Of a DNA stretch of 64,000 nt, positions 55,208 through 64,000 are shown piece by piece. This stretch comes from an uncultured Gemmatimonadales bacterium (GTDB lineage Bacteria > Gemmatimonadota > Gemmatimonadetes > Longimicrobiales > RSA9), in NCBI GenBank assembly GCA_963798085.1, contig CAWCRS010000005.1, positions 640,001-704,000 on the forward strand, read 5' to 3'. Position 1 is the stretch's first letter. The number at the start of each line of letters is the position of its first letter. The notes beneath the pieces were generated by a model. The model ran no database searches, had not been told where the DNA came from, and was given only the letters and a program-made list of their open reading frames with translations. The position numbers and the translations under genes are program-made.

Positions 55208-55479
55208 TCGGACCGTCTTGGCGTTCTTGGGTTTGGCCAAAACATCTATTGTCGGCCATAAAAATCGAGCCCACTGCAGGCTTCATCGGCCTGAACTGGC
55301 CTGGCTCGTCACAGAAAGCTCCCGGACCAGACCCGCAGTGCCATGTGTTTGCCCCAGTCGCGCCCGCAAACTGGTGTGCTTTCCACCCGGGGAAGCGTGT
55401 GGCCCCGGTCTCCGCGGGTCCGAAAGGGACATCACCATGAAAGAAGCGGCCACAACCCAAGAACGCCAAGACGGTCCGA
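55208..55479. mobile_element. MITE/REPIN-like element with 26-bp perfect terminal inverted repeats, copy 2
   Basis: TCGGACCGTCTTGGCGTTCTTGGGTT at 55208-55233 and its reverse complement at 55454-55479. Confidence 0.7.
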
Positions 55480-55482
55480 GGC

Positions 55483-55848
55483 CTACTTCACCACAATCCT
55501 CCCCGACATGCCCGTCCCAGGCGCGCCGTGGAACGTGCAGTGGTACGGGAATTCACCAGCCTGCGTGAACTGATGCGTAAACGTCTGGTTCTTTCCCTTC
55601 GATCCGCTGTCCCAGATTCCCGTGTCCGACGTCGTGGTGTGCGCGATGCCGCCGTTGTTCGTCCACGTCACGGTCGTACCCACCGCGACCGTATCGACTT
55701 TCGGGCTGAAGAAGTCGTCGCCGATGCTGACGCTGGGCGTGCTGCCCGCCTGGAGTGGTTCCGTGGTGCTGCTGCTGCTGCATGCGATCCAGGCTGAAGC
55801 GATCAGGCTCACCGCGAGCAGCGTCCCTGCAGAAGACCTTCCACGCAT
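55483..55848 (-). CDS. Plastocyanin/amicyanin-like cupredoxin lipoprotein
   Basis: IAC lipobox; HTTT and YHCTFH...M type-1 copper ligands. Confidence 0.92.
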   Translation of the reverse strand: MRGRSSAGTLLAVSLIASAWIACSSSSTTEPLQAGSTPSVSIGDDFFSPKVDTVAVGTTVTWTNNGGIAHTTTSDTGIWDSGSKGKNQTFTHQFTQAGEFPYHCTFHGAPGTGMSGRIVVK

Positions 55849-56022
55849 AACTTCCTTCCTCGTTTGAAGGCACGCGCAGGAACTTCAAGTTAGGCAGTGC
55901 CGGCGCGTGCAGGTTCCGTTCCAAATACGAGCAGCGTGCTGCCTGTTCCTGATCCGCTGCGCCGCGAAACTCCGCCATTGCATGGGGCTTCGCCCCGTCG
56001 ATCACCCGGCCGACCCCCCGGC

Positions 56023-58137
56023 TCAGCGCGGAATCAGCGGCAGCCGAACGTGCGAGGGATGCGCCGCGTCGTGCAGCACGCGCTGGTGCGCGCTCACGTA
56101 CCGCGTTTCCCTCTCGTTGTCGCCGCCTGTGTTGAGATTGCGATCGTACTTGGGGAACGCCGCCGACGCGACGGTGACGCGCAGCCGGTGTCCGACCGGA
56201 ATCACGATACCGGTGAACCACAGATCGATGTCGTACCGGTAGATGCTGTCCGGAGTAACGGGCGAGGGCCGGTCGAAGCCATCGCGGAAGCGAGCGCGCA
56301 TGATGCCATCCTGTATGCGGAGCGCGCTTCCCTCCGGATCGACGTCGAGCAGCATCACGTTCCAGTCCGTGTCACGCGCATCGGTCGCCGCCCACAGCGT
56401 CGCGCTCATCGGACCGGTGATCTCCATCTCGCGCTCGAGCGGCGCCGTATTGAACACCAGCATGTCTTTGCGCTGTGCGTCCACCTGTGTGTAGTCCTCG
56501 TTCAGGCTCAGCTCCAGCTCGCGTGCATCAATGAGGTACGGCGTGGGGTTGCCGGGATCGTAGGTGAACGTGTCCACCGGCTCATCACCGGGGGCCTGTG
56601 TGTCCAGCGTGCCATCGCCGGCCGCCCCGTTGGCGTGACCGCGCGAGTGGATGAAGAAATCGGTGTACTGCGTGCGTTTGAGCGGCCACTCGTTTTCCCT
56701 GCGCCAGTGATTGTCACCCATGATGAAGATGTCGACGGGGGGCTCGCGGTTGACGCCGTTGTCGATGCCCTTGAGGTAGTGGTCGAACCAGCGCAGCTGG
56801 AGCATGCGCGTGTCGATGCGCGCTTCCGGGCCGAAGCTGCCGTTCACGTAGTCAATGCCCTTGTGCGCGCCCGCGTCCATGACCAGCCGCTGGAACGGAT
56901 GGCGCCCCAGCGTGTCCAGCCCGACGTAATTGCGTGTTGTGCCGCGCGCATCGTCGTGCCAGCCGGCCATGCCCAGCACCGGCACCTTCACGCGATTCAG
57001 GCGCGCCTCGATGCTGAGTCCTCGCCAGTAGTCGTCGAGCTGTTCGTGATCGAACCAGTCGTCCCAGAACTGCGGGCGGGGACAGCCCGCCTTCTCGGCG
57101 CTCTCGATGACGGGCAGGTGATTGAACGCGGTCACCACGTCCACATTGCTGATGTCCGACATGGTCTCGCGCACACCGGTGAGACACAGCCACGGCACAA
57201 TGGTGGGCGAGAAAACCATGTCGATGTAGGGCACGATGCGCAGCGGGTCCGCGGTGGCCACGGCGGGCGCGATCGCGGCAAGGTGCGGCGGCGCGGCGAT
57301 GGCTGCGTACCACGCGTAGAGCCCCGGGTTCGAGCGGCCGATCATGCCCACCTTGCCGTTGCTGCCCGGCAGGCGCGCCGCCCACTCGACCGCATCATAG
57401 CCATCACTCTCCTGCATTGCGTTCATGTCGAGCACGCCACCGGAACCGCCTCGCCCGCGCACATCCTGTTTCACGTAGAGGAAGCCGCGCGACGCCCAGA
57501 ACCTGCCCGCCGCGGTGTCGCCGCGCAGGTAGGGCGTGCGCTCCATCACCACACCGAACAGGCCGCTGGCCGCGGGTCGAGCGACAAAATTCATGAGCAC
57601 GGTGCCGTCGCGCGCCTTCATGGGCACGCTGGCATCGATGGTCACTCCGTACGTCGAGTCCGACACGTCGCCCGGCCATAACCGGTAGTCAGGCTCGTAT
57701 TCAGGAGGCGACGAACGCCGCACGAACCACATGCGCTGCGTGGCCGTGTCGGTCTGCCCGCGATAGATGCGTCCCGCGATCGTGTCGCCCGACACGCGTG
57801 CCCGTATCGTGGTGGCGCCCAGATCCAGAATCAGCGAGTCGCCCGACACCGTGAGCGCGCGAAGCCGCTCCATGCGTGTGCCGTTGCGGCGATTGATCCA
57901 CGCGCCCGCCACGTCGGCACTGTCGAAGTGCGCGAAGCCGAAACGCCGCCTCGCCTCGAAGCCGCCACTCGGCGCCGCGCCCAGCATGCGGTAGTAGTCC
58001 CAGTCACCAGGGAGCGCCGCCGCGGTGGCCGCACGATGGTCGCGCAGGCCGCACGCGCCGGCCGCCAGCACGAGTAACGCACCCACAATTCCGGTCCGGC
58101 CGCTGTGCCACACCGAACGCGATCGCTGTACGTGCAC
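56023..58137 (-). CDS. CocE/NonD-family hydrolase with extra N-terminal domain
   Basis: RTPY, QDVRGRGGSGG, GRSNPG, GWHD, FPKYDRNLNTG; AAGGAG RBS. Confidence 0.9.
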   Translation of the reverse strand: MHVQRSRSVWHSGRTGIVGALLVLAAGACGLRDHRAATAAALPGDWDYYRMLGAAPSGGFEARRRFGFAHFDSADVAGAWINRRNGTRMERLRALTVSGDSLILDLGATTIRARVSGDTIAGRIYRGQTDTATQRMWFVRRSSPPEYEPDYRLWPGDVSDSTYGVTIDASVPMKARDGTVLMNFVARPAASGLFGVVMERTPYLRGDTAAGRFWASRGFLYVKQDVRGRGGSGGVLDMNAMQESDGYDAVEWAARLPGSNGKVGMIGRSNPGLYAWYAAIAAPPHLAAIAPAVATADPLRIVPYIDMVFSPTIVPWLCLTGVRETMSDISNVDVVTAFNHLPVIESAEKAGCPRPQFWDDWFDHEQLDDYWRGLSIEARLNRVKVPVLGMAGWHDDARGTTRNYVGLDTLGRHPFQRLVMDAGAHKGIDYVNGSFGPEARIDTRMLQLRWFDHYLKGIDNGVNREPPVDIFIMGDNHWRRENEWPLKRTQYTDFFIHSRGHANGAAGDGTLDTQAPGDEPVDTFTYDPGNPTPYLIDARELELSLNEDYTQVDAQRKDMLVFNTAPLEREMEITGPMSATLWAATDARDTDWNVMLLDVDPEGSALRIQDGIMRARFRDGFDRPSPVTPDSIYRYDIDLWFTGIVIPVGHRLRVTVASAAFPKYDRNLNTGGDNERETRYVSAHQRVLHDAAHPSHVRLPLIPR

Positions 58138-58195
58138 GATGACACTCCTTGCGCGGGGTCGCCTGTCGACATCACGGGAATCTACCACTGTGTTA

Positions 58196-58885
58196 TCAAT
58201 GCCGCTGCGGTCCGGCCTGGCCGCGGTGGTACGCCGTATCCGCCGCGGCCAGGCGTTCGGCACGCTGGCGGATGCCGAGCAGCTGGCGCCGCACCATGAG
58301 AAACTCGGCCGGATCCAGCACGGTCATCAGCAGGGGCAGCTGCCAGTTCATCGGCAGGCGGGCACGCACGCGCGTAACCAGCCGGCTCTCGGTCGCGGAA
58401 ACGGAGTCAATGACGAACACCCAGGTTATGTGCGCTCCCGCCTGGCGCACGTCCAGCAATAACGCGCTGTCAGGGATGGCCACGGCCACTGGCCAGGCTG
58501 TACTGTTGCCCACCGGGATGCTGTCGCCGGGCGCGAGCTGCTGGAACGCCGGCAGCAGGGTGTCCGCGCTGGGTGCGTCGAGCACGCCGAACAGCCGGTC
58601 GAGGCCGTCGTAGCTGTAAAGGCCGCCGCGGCCCTTTCCCATCTGTGCCAGCCAGGGCCAAATGTGATGGGGCCGGGCGTGAATCGTGATGGCGCGTGTG
58701 GTTACCTCGAGCGGCCGCTGCACCAGGCTGTCGCCGGGCAGGGCGCCCGCAATCTCCGCGCGCGTGGCGCCCCAGTGCGCGTGCCAGGGCCGCAGCACGC
58801 TCACGTAAACAAGGAACAGAATGCAGGCGACGACACAGGTTCCAGCTGCGCGTCGCATCCAGCGACGTCCTCGCCGGGCCATCAT
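58196..58885 (-). CDS. SRPBCC-like membrane-anchored protein
   Basis: WGAT..E...LPGD, IWPWLAQMG.GRGGLYSYD, GIRQRAE. Confidence 0.85.
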   Translation of the reverse strand: MMARRGRRWMRRAAGTCVVACILFLVYVSVLRPWHAHWGATRAEIAGALPGDSLVQRPLEVTTRAITIHARPHHIWPWLAQMGKGRGGLYSYDGLDRLFGVLDAPSADTLLPAFQQLAPGDSIPVGNSTAWPVAVAIPDSALLLDVRQAGAHITWVFVIDSVSATESRLVTRVRARLPMNWQLPLLMTVLDPAEFLMVRRQLLGIRQRAERLAAADTAYHRGQAGPQRH

Positions 58886-58907
58886 GCCGCGGCCGGCGCG
58901 CGAGCGC

Positions 58908-59363
58908 TCATGGCTTGATGAAGTAACCCAGGCCTCGCCATTTGCCGTCGGATGCGCGTGACAGCGTCACGGTTTCGTTGAGCGTGCGGTCGCCCTTCAC
59001 GCGCACCTGATACTGGAACGTGACGCGCTCCGGTTCCTCCTGCTGCGCCGGATCGTTGGCCCAGACCGCACCGATGAGCCGGCGCTCGCCGAACGGCTCG
59101 TACGCGGACCTCGCCTGAGCCACGCCGCGCTCCCAGTCGGCCTGCGTGACCGCTTTCTGAAACGCCGGACTCGCCTGGCGCCAGCTTTCCGCGAAGCTGC
59201 CCTGGTCGAGCAATTTGAGCCACGCGGTCGCGGGCACCGCCGCCGCCGTGATGGCCGCCGCAGCACTGGCCGGTGTCGCCTGCGCGTGCAGTGCGGCGCG
59301 ATCGGTCGCAAGCCACGCCAGTAGACAACCCAGTGCCAGCGTCACCCGTCGTGCCCGCTCCAT
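58908..59363 (-). CDS. DUF4019 secreted protein
   Basis: WLKLLDQGSFAESW, ETVT, DGKWRGLGYFIK. Confidence 0.85.
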   Translation of the reverse strand: MERARRVTLALGCLLAWLATDRAALHAQATPASAAAAITAAAVPATAWLKLLDQGSFAESWRQASPAFQKAVTQADWERGVAQARSAYEPFGERRLIGAVWANDPAQQEEPERVTFQYQVRVKGDRTLNETVTLSRASDGKWRGLGYFIKP

Positions 59364-59496
59364 GTCGGCCTCTCCTCAGCTGCGGATGGTGTACGCAGAC
59401 TGACGATGCATCGTCGCCTGCAATCCGTGAACACCGTGTTTGCGCGTTCTTCCACACCGTTCACTTCGCCGCGCCCCTGGTCCGTCCCCGGCCGTG

Positions 59497-60450
59497 TCAG
59501 GGAACGGGGCGCCACTCGAGCGCCGCGCGGTCCCAGCCGCCGAGACCCGATGCGGCTTCCCACGTGCTCTGCAGGAAGCGCTGCACCATGGCATCGGGAT
59601 CGGCGGCGCGGCGCACGGCCTCGTACGGCAGAATCCATTCGTGCATCGCGGTGTCCCAGTACGCGGCGTCCGGCCGCACGGGCGCGGCGGGGCAGCCGGG
59701 CGGCTCCGGGTAGGCGTACGCATAGAACGCCGGCTCCGCGACGGGGCTTCCGACGCTGCCCGGCCACCAGCCGGCGCTGATGCATTCATGCGAGTAGGCT
59801 TCGCGCGTGACGCGATCGGGGAGGTTGGGGAAACCACCGGGATGCGGCGGCGCCCTGCGCCCGCTGAAGCGCGTGCACGCCAGATCGAACCCACCCCACC
59901 AGAAATGCGAGGGGCTGCACTTGCCGACGAAGCGGCCGCGGAACTGTTTGAACAGCCGGTCCACCTGCAGCAGGATGCGCCAGCAGCGCTGCACCGCGTC
60001 CGCATCGTACGCGCTGTGCACGTGGTCTTCGTTGAAGGCCAGCGTATCGGGCATCTCCGAGGGAACGGGGCGGATGCTGACCTCGATGTCGAGCGATCGC
60101 AGCAGCGCGAACCAGGCCGCATGGAAATCGGCCACCGATTGGGCAGCGAGCGGCAGCGCCGCCACGCGGCCATCACTCGTGCGCACGTCCAGCTGGTGTC
60201 CGACGAAATCGAATTCCGCCTCGAAGCTGCGCTCGCCATACGGCACAGGCGAGGTGGTGAGTCCGCGTGCGCTCAGGTAGAGTGTGACCTGCCACCAGTG
60301 GTTCTGCATGGGCGCCAGGGCGAGCCGCGTTTTGCCCACGATCTGCAGCTTGCGCTGCAGCGCGGAGCAGGTTTCCTGCCACGCGGCCAGTGGAAGAGGC
60401 GGCCATGCCGTCGTGTCTGCAGGCTCTATTTCAGGTTTCGCGGTCGTCAT
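59497..60450 (-). CDS. DUF5996-family protein
   Basis: QIVGKTRL, NHWWQV, FWWGGFDLACTRFSGR, EAYSHE, FYAYAYPEP. Confidence 0.9.
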   Translation of the reverse strand: MTTAKPEIEPADTTAWPPLPLAAWQETCSALQRKLQIVGKTRLALAPMQNHWWQVTLYLSARGLTTSPVPYGERSFEAEFDFVGHQLDVRTSDGRVAALPLAAQSVADFHAAWFALLRSLDIEVSIRPVPSEMPDTLAFNEDHVHSAYDADAVQRCWRILLQVDRLFKQFRGRFVGKCSPSHFWWGGFDLACTRFSGRRAPPHPGGFPNLPDRVTREAYSHECISAGWWPGSVGSPVAEPAFYAYAYPEPPGCPAAPVRPDAAYWDTAMHEWILPYEAVRRAADPDAMVQRFLQSTWEAASGLGGWDRAALEWRPVP

Positions 60451-60774
60451 GCGGCGCTGATCGGCTGGTGTCTGTGAGCCGGCACCAGGTTCGGGCCGGA
60501 CGCCGGAATATGCGACCGGCCCGCCGCCACCGCCAACGCTCCGCCCGCGCCCGGGCATGGGCAGCCGGACGCAGCGACCCGAGTACGCTGTTAGCCCTCG
60601 GCGCGGGCGGCGCTTGCCGGCGAGGGCGCGCGCATCGAGATTGTGTATCCAGCCATGCCTTGCGGGAAGCGCGCAGGCTTCCCGCCAATCCGCAGCCGCG
60701 CACATCGTGCTTTCCTGCCGGGTAGCTGGCCCCGGAGCCGAGCCGCGCCTGTGCCATCCACGTGTGGTGAACGC

Positions 60775-61695
60775 ATGAAAGCCGGACAGGGAAGCCGCAC
60801 ATGCCTGATGCTGCTCGTCACGCTTGCTCTCGCCGCGTCGAACGGGCGCGCCGCCGCGCAGGACGAAGCCGCGTTGCGCACAGCCTTCGAAGGCAGGACC
60901 ATCCGCGTGCGCATCGACATGCCGGCCACCAGCCGCGGCATTGATGTCTACCCGCAGGACGCCATACCTGTGGATTTCCGCGAGGTCGCGCAGCGCCTGA
61001 AGGACAACGGCACGGCGCTGCACATCGGCCAGCAGGTCATGATCACCAAGGTGCTGGTGAAGAACGACTCGCACGTCGAGTTCCAGCTGGGCGGCGGCGG
61101 TTATGGCACCTTCGGCGACGCGCTGTCCAGCAGTCCGCAGGCTAACGCCGTGCATGCGGGCGAAACGGCGGAAGAGAAAGCCCTGCGCGATTCCATCAAG
61201 TCGACGAACGACAATGCCCGGCGCAGGACGCTGCAGCGCGCCCTGGATGACCGGCGCTCGGAACGCGAGCGCGAGAACGCGCGTGCCGAGGCGGAAGCAC
61301 GCCAGGCCAACGAGGCGAGGGAAGCGAACCTGCGGAGCAAGCGGGCGGAGAGCGGCAGTCGCTTCAACATCCGCTTCCACAATGGCATTCCTGACGATGC
61401 GCTCACGCCGGAAGGCGTGGTACGCGCGCTTTCGGAGTACATCGACTTCGGTGCGCTGCCGGCCGCGGGTGCGGCAGCCGGCGACGCGGCTCCTCGCGCC
61501 TCCGGCGTGGGCGCACTGCGCAAGGGACTGCTGCTGCAGGAAGTCGAGGCCATGCTGGGTCCGGCGACCACGGCCAATGAGACGAAGGAAGGCTCACTGA
61601 CCGTGCAGAACCGGACCTACACGCGCGACGGCCTCGTGGTCACGGCCCGCTTCGTGTTCGACGTCCTGATAGACTTTTCCATCCGGCCGCAGTGA
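60775..61695 (+). CDS. Hypothetical secreted protein with central coiled coil
   Basis: Signal peptide AAA-Q; IDMPATSRGIDV, EFQLGGGGYGT, GSRFNIRF. Confidence 0.8.
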   Translation: MKAGQGSRTCLMLLVTLALAASNGRAAAQDEAALRTAFEGRTIRVRIDMPATSRGIDVYPQDAIPVDFREVAQRLKDNGTALHIGQQVMITKVLVKNDSHVEFQLGGGGYGTFGDALSSSPQANAVHAGETAEEKALRDSIKSTNDNARRRTLQRALDDRRSERERENARAEAEARQANEAREANLRSKRAESGSRFNIRFHNGIPDDALTPEGVVRALSEYIDFGALPAAGAAAGDAAPRASGVGALRKGLLLQEVEAMLGPATTANETKEGSLTVQNRTYTRDGLVVTARFVFDVLIDFSIRPQ

Positions 61696-61710
61696 CGCGC
61701 TGACGCGGCC

Positions 61711-62654
61711 TCAGATTTCGTCGCGCAACACCCGGTCGGGATCCACGCGCGCCGCGCGCACCGCTGGAATCAGCGAGGCGAGCAGCGCGGCGCCTCCCAG
61801 CACACCGGCGGACGTCAGGAACGCAACCGGATCCTGTGCGCCAATGCCGAAGATGTAGCTGCGCAGGTAGCGCGTAAGCACGAGGCCCAGGCCGGTGCCG
61901 GCCGCGATGCCGATCGCTGCCGTGAGTGCGGCATTGCGCAGGAACAGACTTAGCACGGCCGGACCCGGTGCGCCCAGCGCCCGGCGAATGCCCATTTCGC
62001 GTAAACGCCGTGTTACCGCGTCGTTCGCGGTTGCGCAGGTACCCACCGCCGCGAGCAGCAGCGCGAGCAACGCCAGGCTGCCCAGCAGACTCGTCAGGCA
62101 ACGCGCTTCCGCCGTCGTCGCTGCCAGCCGCTCGTGCATCGTCTCGCTGCGGTCGACCGGCGTCCCGTTCCCCACTTCCGCCACAAGCGACCGGATCGAC
62201 CGCGCCGGCGCAGACATGCCGGGGTCGAGCCGTAGGGTCAGGATGCAGCGCGGTGCCGGGCTCTCTGCGCCTCGGTCCCCTGCCCGGGCCCGCGCTGGCT
62301 CACGTCCGCCACCACGCCAATGATCTCGCGCATTGGCGCATTCGACCTGCCGAACCGCAGCCGCCTGCCCACGGGATTCGACACGTTGGGAAACACCGCG
62401 CGCGCCGCCGCCTGATTGATGATGATCGCGAGCGGATCCTGCGCACGCACGTCGTCCGGGAAGCGTCGCCCTTCGAGCAGCCAGAAGCGCAGCACACCCG
62501 CGAGCGACCGGCGCCGCGCGGCGTCCCGATGGCGCGCGTCGAGGGTCGAAACCAGATCGTCGCCCATCGCATCCCGGAACGACGCGGGATAAATGCGCAG
62601 CAGCAGGCGCAGCAGGGCCCGCACCCGGCCACCCCTGACATCGCGTTCAGGCAT
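61711..62654 (-). pseudogene. Internally deleted, frameshifted ADOP permease
   Basis: YPASFRDAMG prefix fused at LLEGRRF to the second periplasmic domain; frame break near 62260; intact C-terminal FtsX domain. Confidence 0.8.
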
Positions 62655-62656
62655 GG

Positions 62657-63019
62657 CTACCGCCGGCCCTCCGCCAACCTGCGGATGCGCCGGCTGCGCG
62701 ACAGGGCCAGGATGCGCCGTGCCTCGGCAGTGATCACCACGCGGCCCAGCGGCGTCAGCCGGAAATATCGGCGCCGCGCATCATCCTCGGATTCGTGGGG
62801 CCGCTGCCCCGACGCCTCGACCAGTCCATCCTCCAGCAGACGGCGCAGCTTGCGATACAGCAGGCTGGGCGCCATGCCGATGCCCCTGGCTTCAATCGCT
62901 TTCACGATGGCGTAGCCGTGCAGCTCCGCGGCTTCCAGCGCGAGCAGCACCTCGAACACATCCGGCTTGAGCGGCAGAAACGCGTCGGCGTCGCTACGTG
63001 CGGGCGTGGTCCCGGTCAT
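62657..63019 (-). CDS. PadR-family transcriptional regulator
   Basis: LPLKPDVFEVLLAL, LHGYAI, LLYRKLRRL, RRRYFRLT; AGGAGG RBS. Confidence 0.92.
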   Translation of the reverse strand: MTGTTPARSDADAFLPLKPDVFEVLLALEAAELHGYAIVKAIEARGIGMAPSLLYRKLRRLLEDGLVEASGQRPHESEDDARRRYFRLTPLGRVVITAEARRILALSRSRRIRRLAEGRR

Positions 63020-63047
63020 GGCCGCCTCCTGTCGTCAGCACCCTCTC

Positions 63048-63071
63048 AGTCTATAGACTTTTTGTCAATAG
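63048..63071 (-). promoter_or_regulatory. Probable PadR operator overlapping a TTGACA -35 box
   Basis: Perfect palindrome AGTCTATAGACT (63048-63059) and CTATAGAC-N5-GTCAATAG (63051-63071). Confidence 0.6.
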
Positions 63072-63079
63072 TGACGCGG

Positions 63080-64000
63080 TCAGCGCGCGCAGGCTGCGCG
63101 TTCGCCCAGCTCGTGCAGGGATCGCGTCCAGTCCTCAGGCGAGAGCACCGCGCGCAGTCGCGCGCAGGTCGTGGTCGTCATGTCTCCGGCGGTGAGTGGC
63201 CAGACGCGCAGCGTGCCATCGATGGCGCCGGTGACCAGCCAGCGCGGCTTGCGCGCGGGTACGAAGATCGCCGCGCCCACCTCGCCATCGTGGTGGAGCG
63301 TATCGAAGACGCGCGATTCCGAGAGGCTGGTGAGCTGCATGCCGCCGGCCGTGGGGGTAGCCGACCAGGCGCTGTCCGAGCTGATCAGCGCGTCCGGCTG
63401 CTTCAGCGCCACGGCCGGCCAGGCGAGGGATTGCGCTGCCAGCTCGACATGCTGCGTCGGTTGCAGTTTCCTGGGCGTGCTGTCGCGTGGCAGGTAGAAG
63501 CCGCGGGCCACATCCTGCTGCTCGTGGTACTGCGATGCGATCTCGGCCGCGGTCGACAGGTCCCAGACGCGCGTTCGTGTGGGCCGCAGCAGGCCAATGC
63601 CGCGCGTGAATTGCGGCGCTGTGACCGTCGCGATGCGGTTGCCATCCGGGCTCACGCGGATGTCCTGCACACTGCCCTCAAGCTCGACGCGCAGCGCCTC
63701 GTGCCAGTCGGCGGAGGAAAGCACACGGATGCGCCCGTATCCGCTCATGGCGATCAGCCAGCGCGCCGACGCGTCGAATGTCAGCCACGCGATGTCGTCA
63801 GCGAACGCGATCTCCGTGGCAGGCGACCAGGTGCCCACATCAATGACGTGCAGTGTCCCGCCGGTGGCAAACAGCGCATTGCGTCCATCCGGGCTCATCA
63901 AAGCCATTGTGATAGGCGCGCCCAGCGGCAGCTGTTTGCGCTCCGTCCACAATGCGGCATCGAGCACGTGCACCGTGCCGGAATCCGTGGCGGCGGCCAC
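63080..64000 (-). CDS. WD40-repeat protein, C-terminal part; 5' end outside window
   Basis: SPDG blades, TRVWDL, LVTGAIDGTLRVWPL; terminal C..LRAVLSPEDW. Confidence 0.8.
   Translation of the reverse strand: MAAATDSGTVHVLDAALWTERKQLPLGAPITMALMSPDGRNALFATGGTLHVIDVGTWSPATEIAFADDIAWLTFDASARWLIAMSGYGRIRVLSSADWHEALRVELEGSVQDIRVSPDGNRIATVTAPQFTRGIGLLRPTRTRVWDLSTAAEIASQYHEQQDVARGFYLPRDSTPRKLQPTQHVELAAQSLAWPAVALKQPDALISSDSAWSATPTAGGMQLTSLSESRVFDTLHHDGEVGAAIFVPARKPRWLVTGAIDGTLRVWPLTAGDMTTTTCARLRAVLSPEDWTRSLHELGERAACAR

Noticed and set aside
59497..61380. Long N-terminal extensions in the ORF track (627-aa DUF5996, 704-aa PolX, 1057-aa ADOP)
   Set aside because: They overlap other genes or precede better starts; family homology begins downstream

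Overview
High-GC (~70% by eye) bacterial chromosomal segment. Gene content (three PadR + ADOP-type ABC permease pairs, three 6-bladed beta-propeller lipoproteins, BlaI/M56 pair, S9/CocE/M20 peptidases) suggests Gemmatimonadota or a relative (inference). There are about 55 genes, mostly envelope, transport, peptidase and regulatory; I found no rRNA, tRNA, CRISPR array, integrase or transposase. Many genes are frameshifted, and six shifts are the same event (one extra A turning GATG into GAATG), most likely a motif-specific sequencing artefact that may reflect DNA modification. Best leads: (1) two 220-270 bp elements 47 kb apart with identical 25-bp terminal inverted repeats but unrelated interiors, each 2-3 bp after a stop codon; (2) a nested-stem leader upstream of an ankyrin gene; (3) a cysteine-free DksA/TraR gene with a duplicated 5' end; (4) two internally deleted ADOP permeases; (5) a degenerate repeat array at 52.4-52.7 kb; (6) a PolX lacking polymerase aspartates but with an intact PHP domain. 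No complete novel system can be established from sequence alone.
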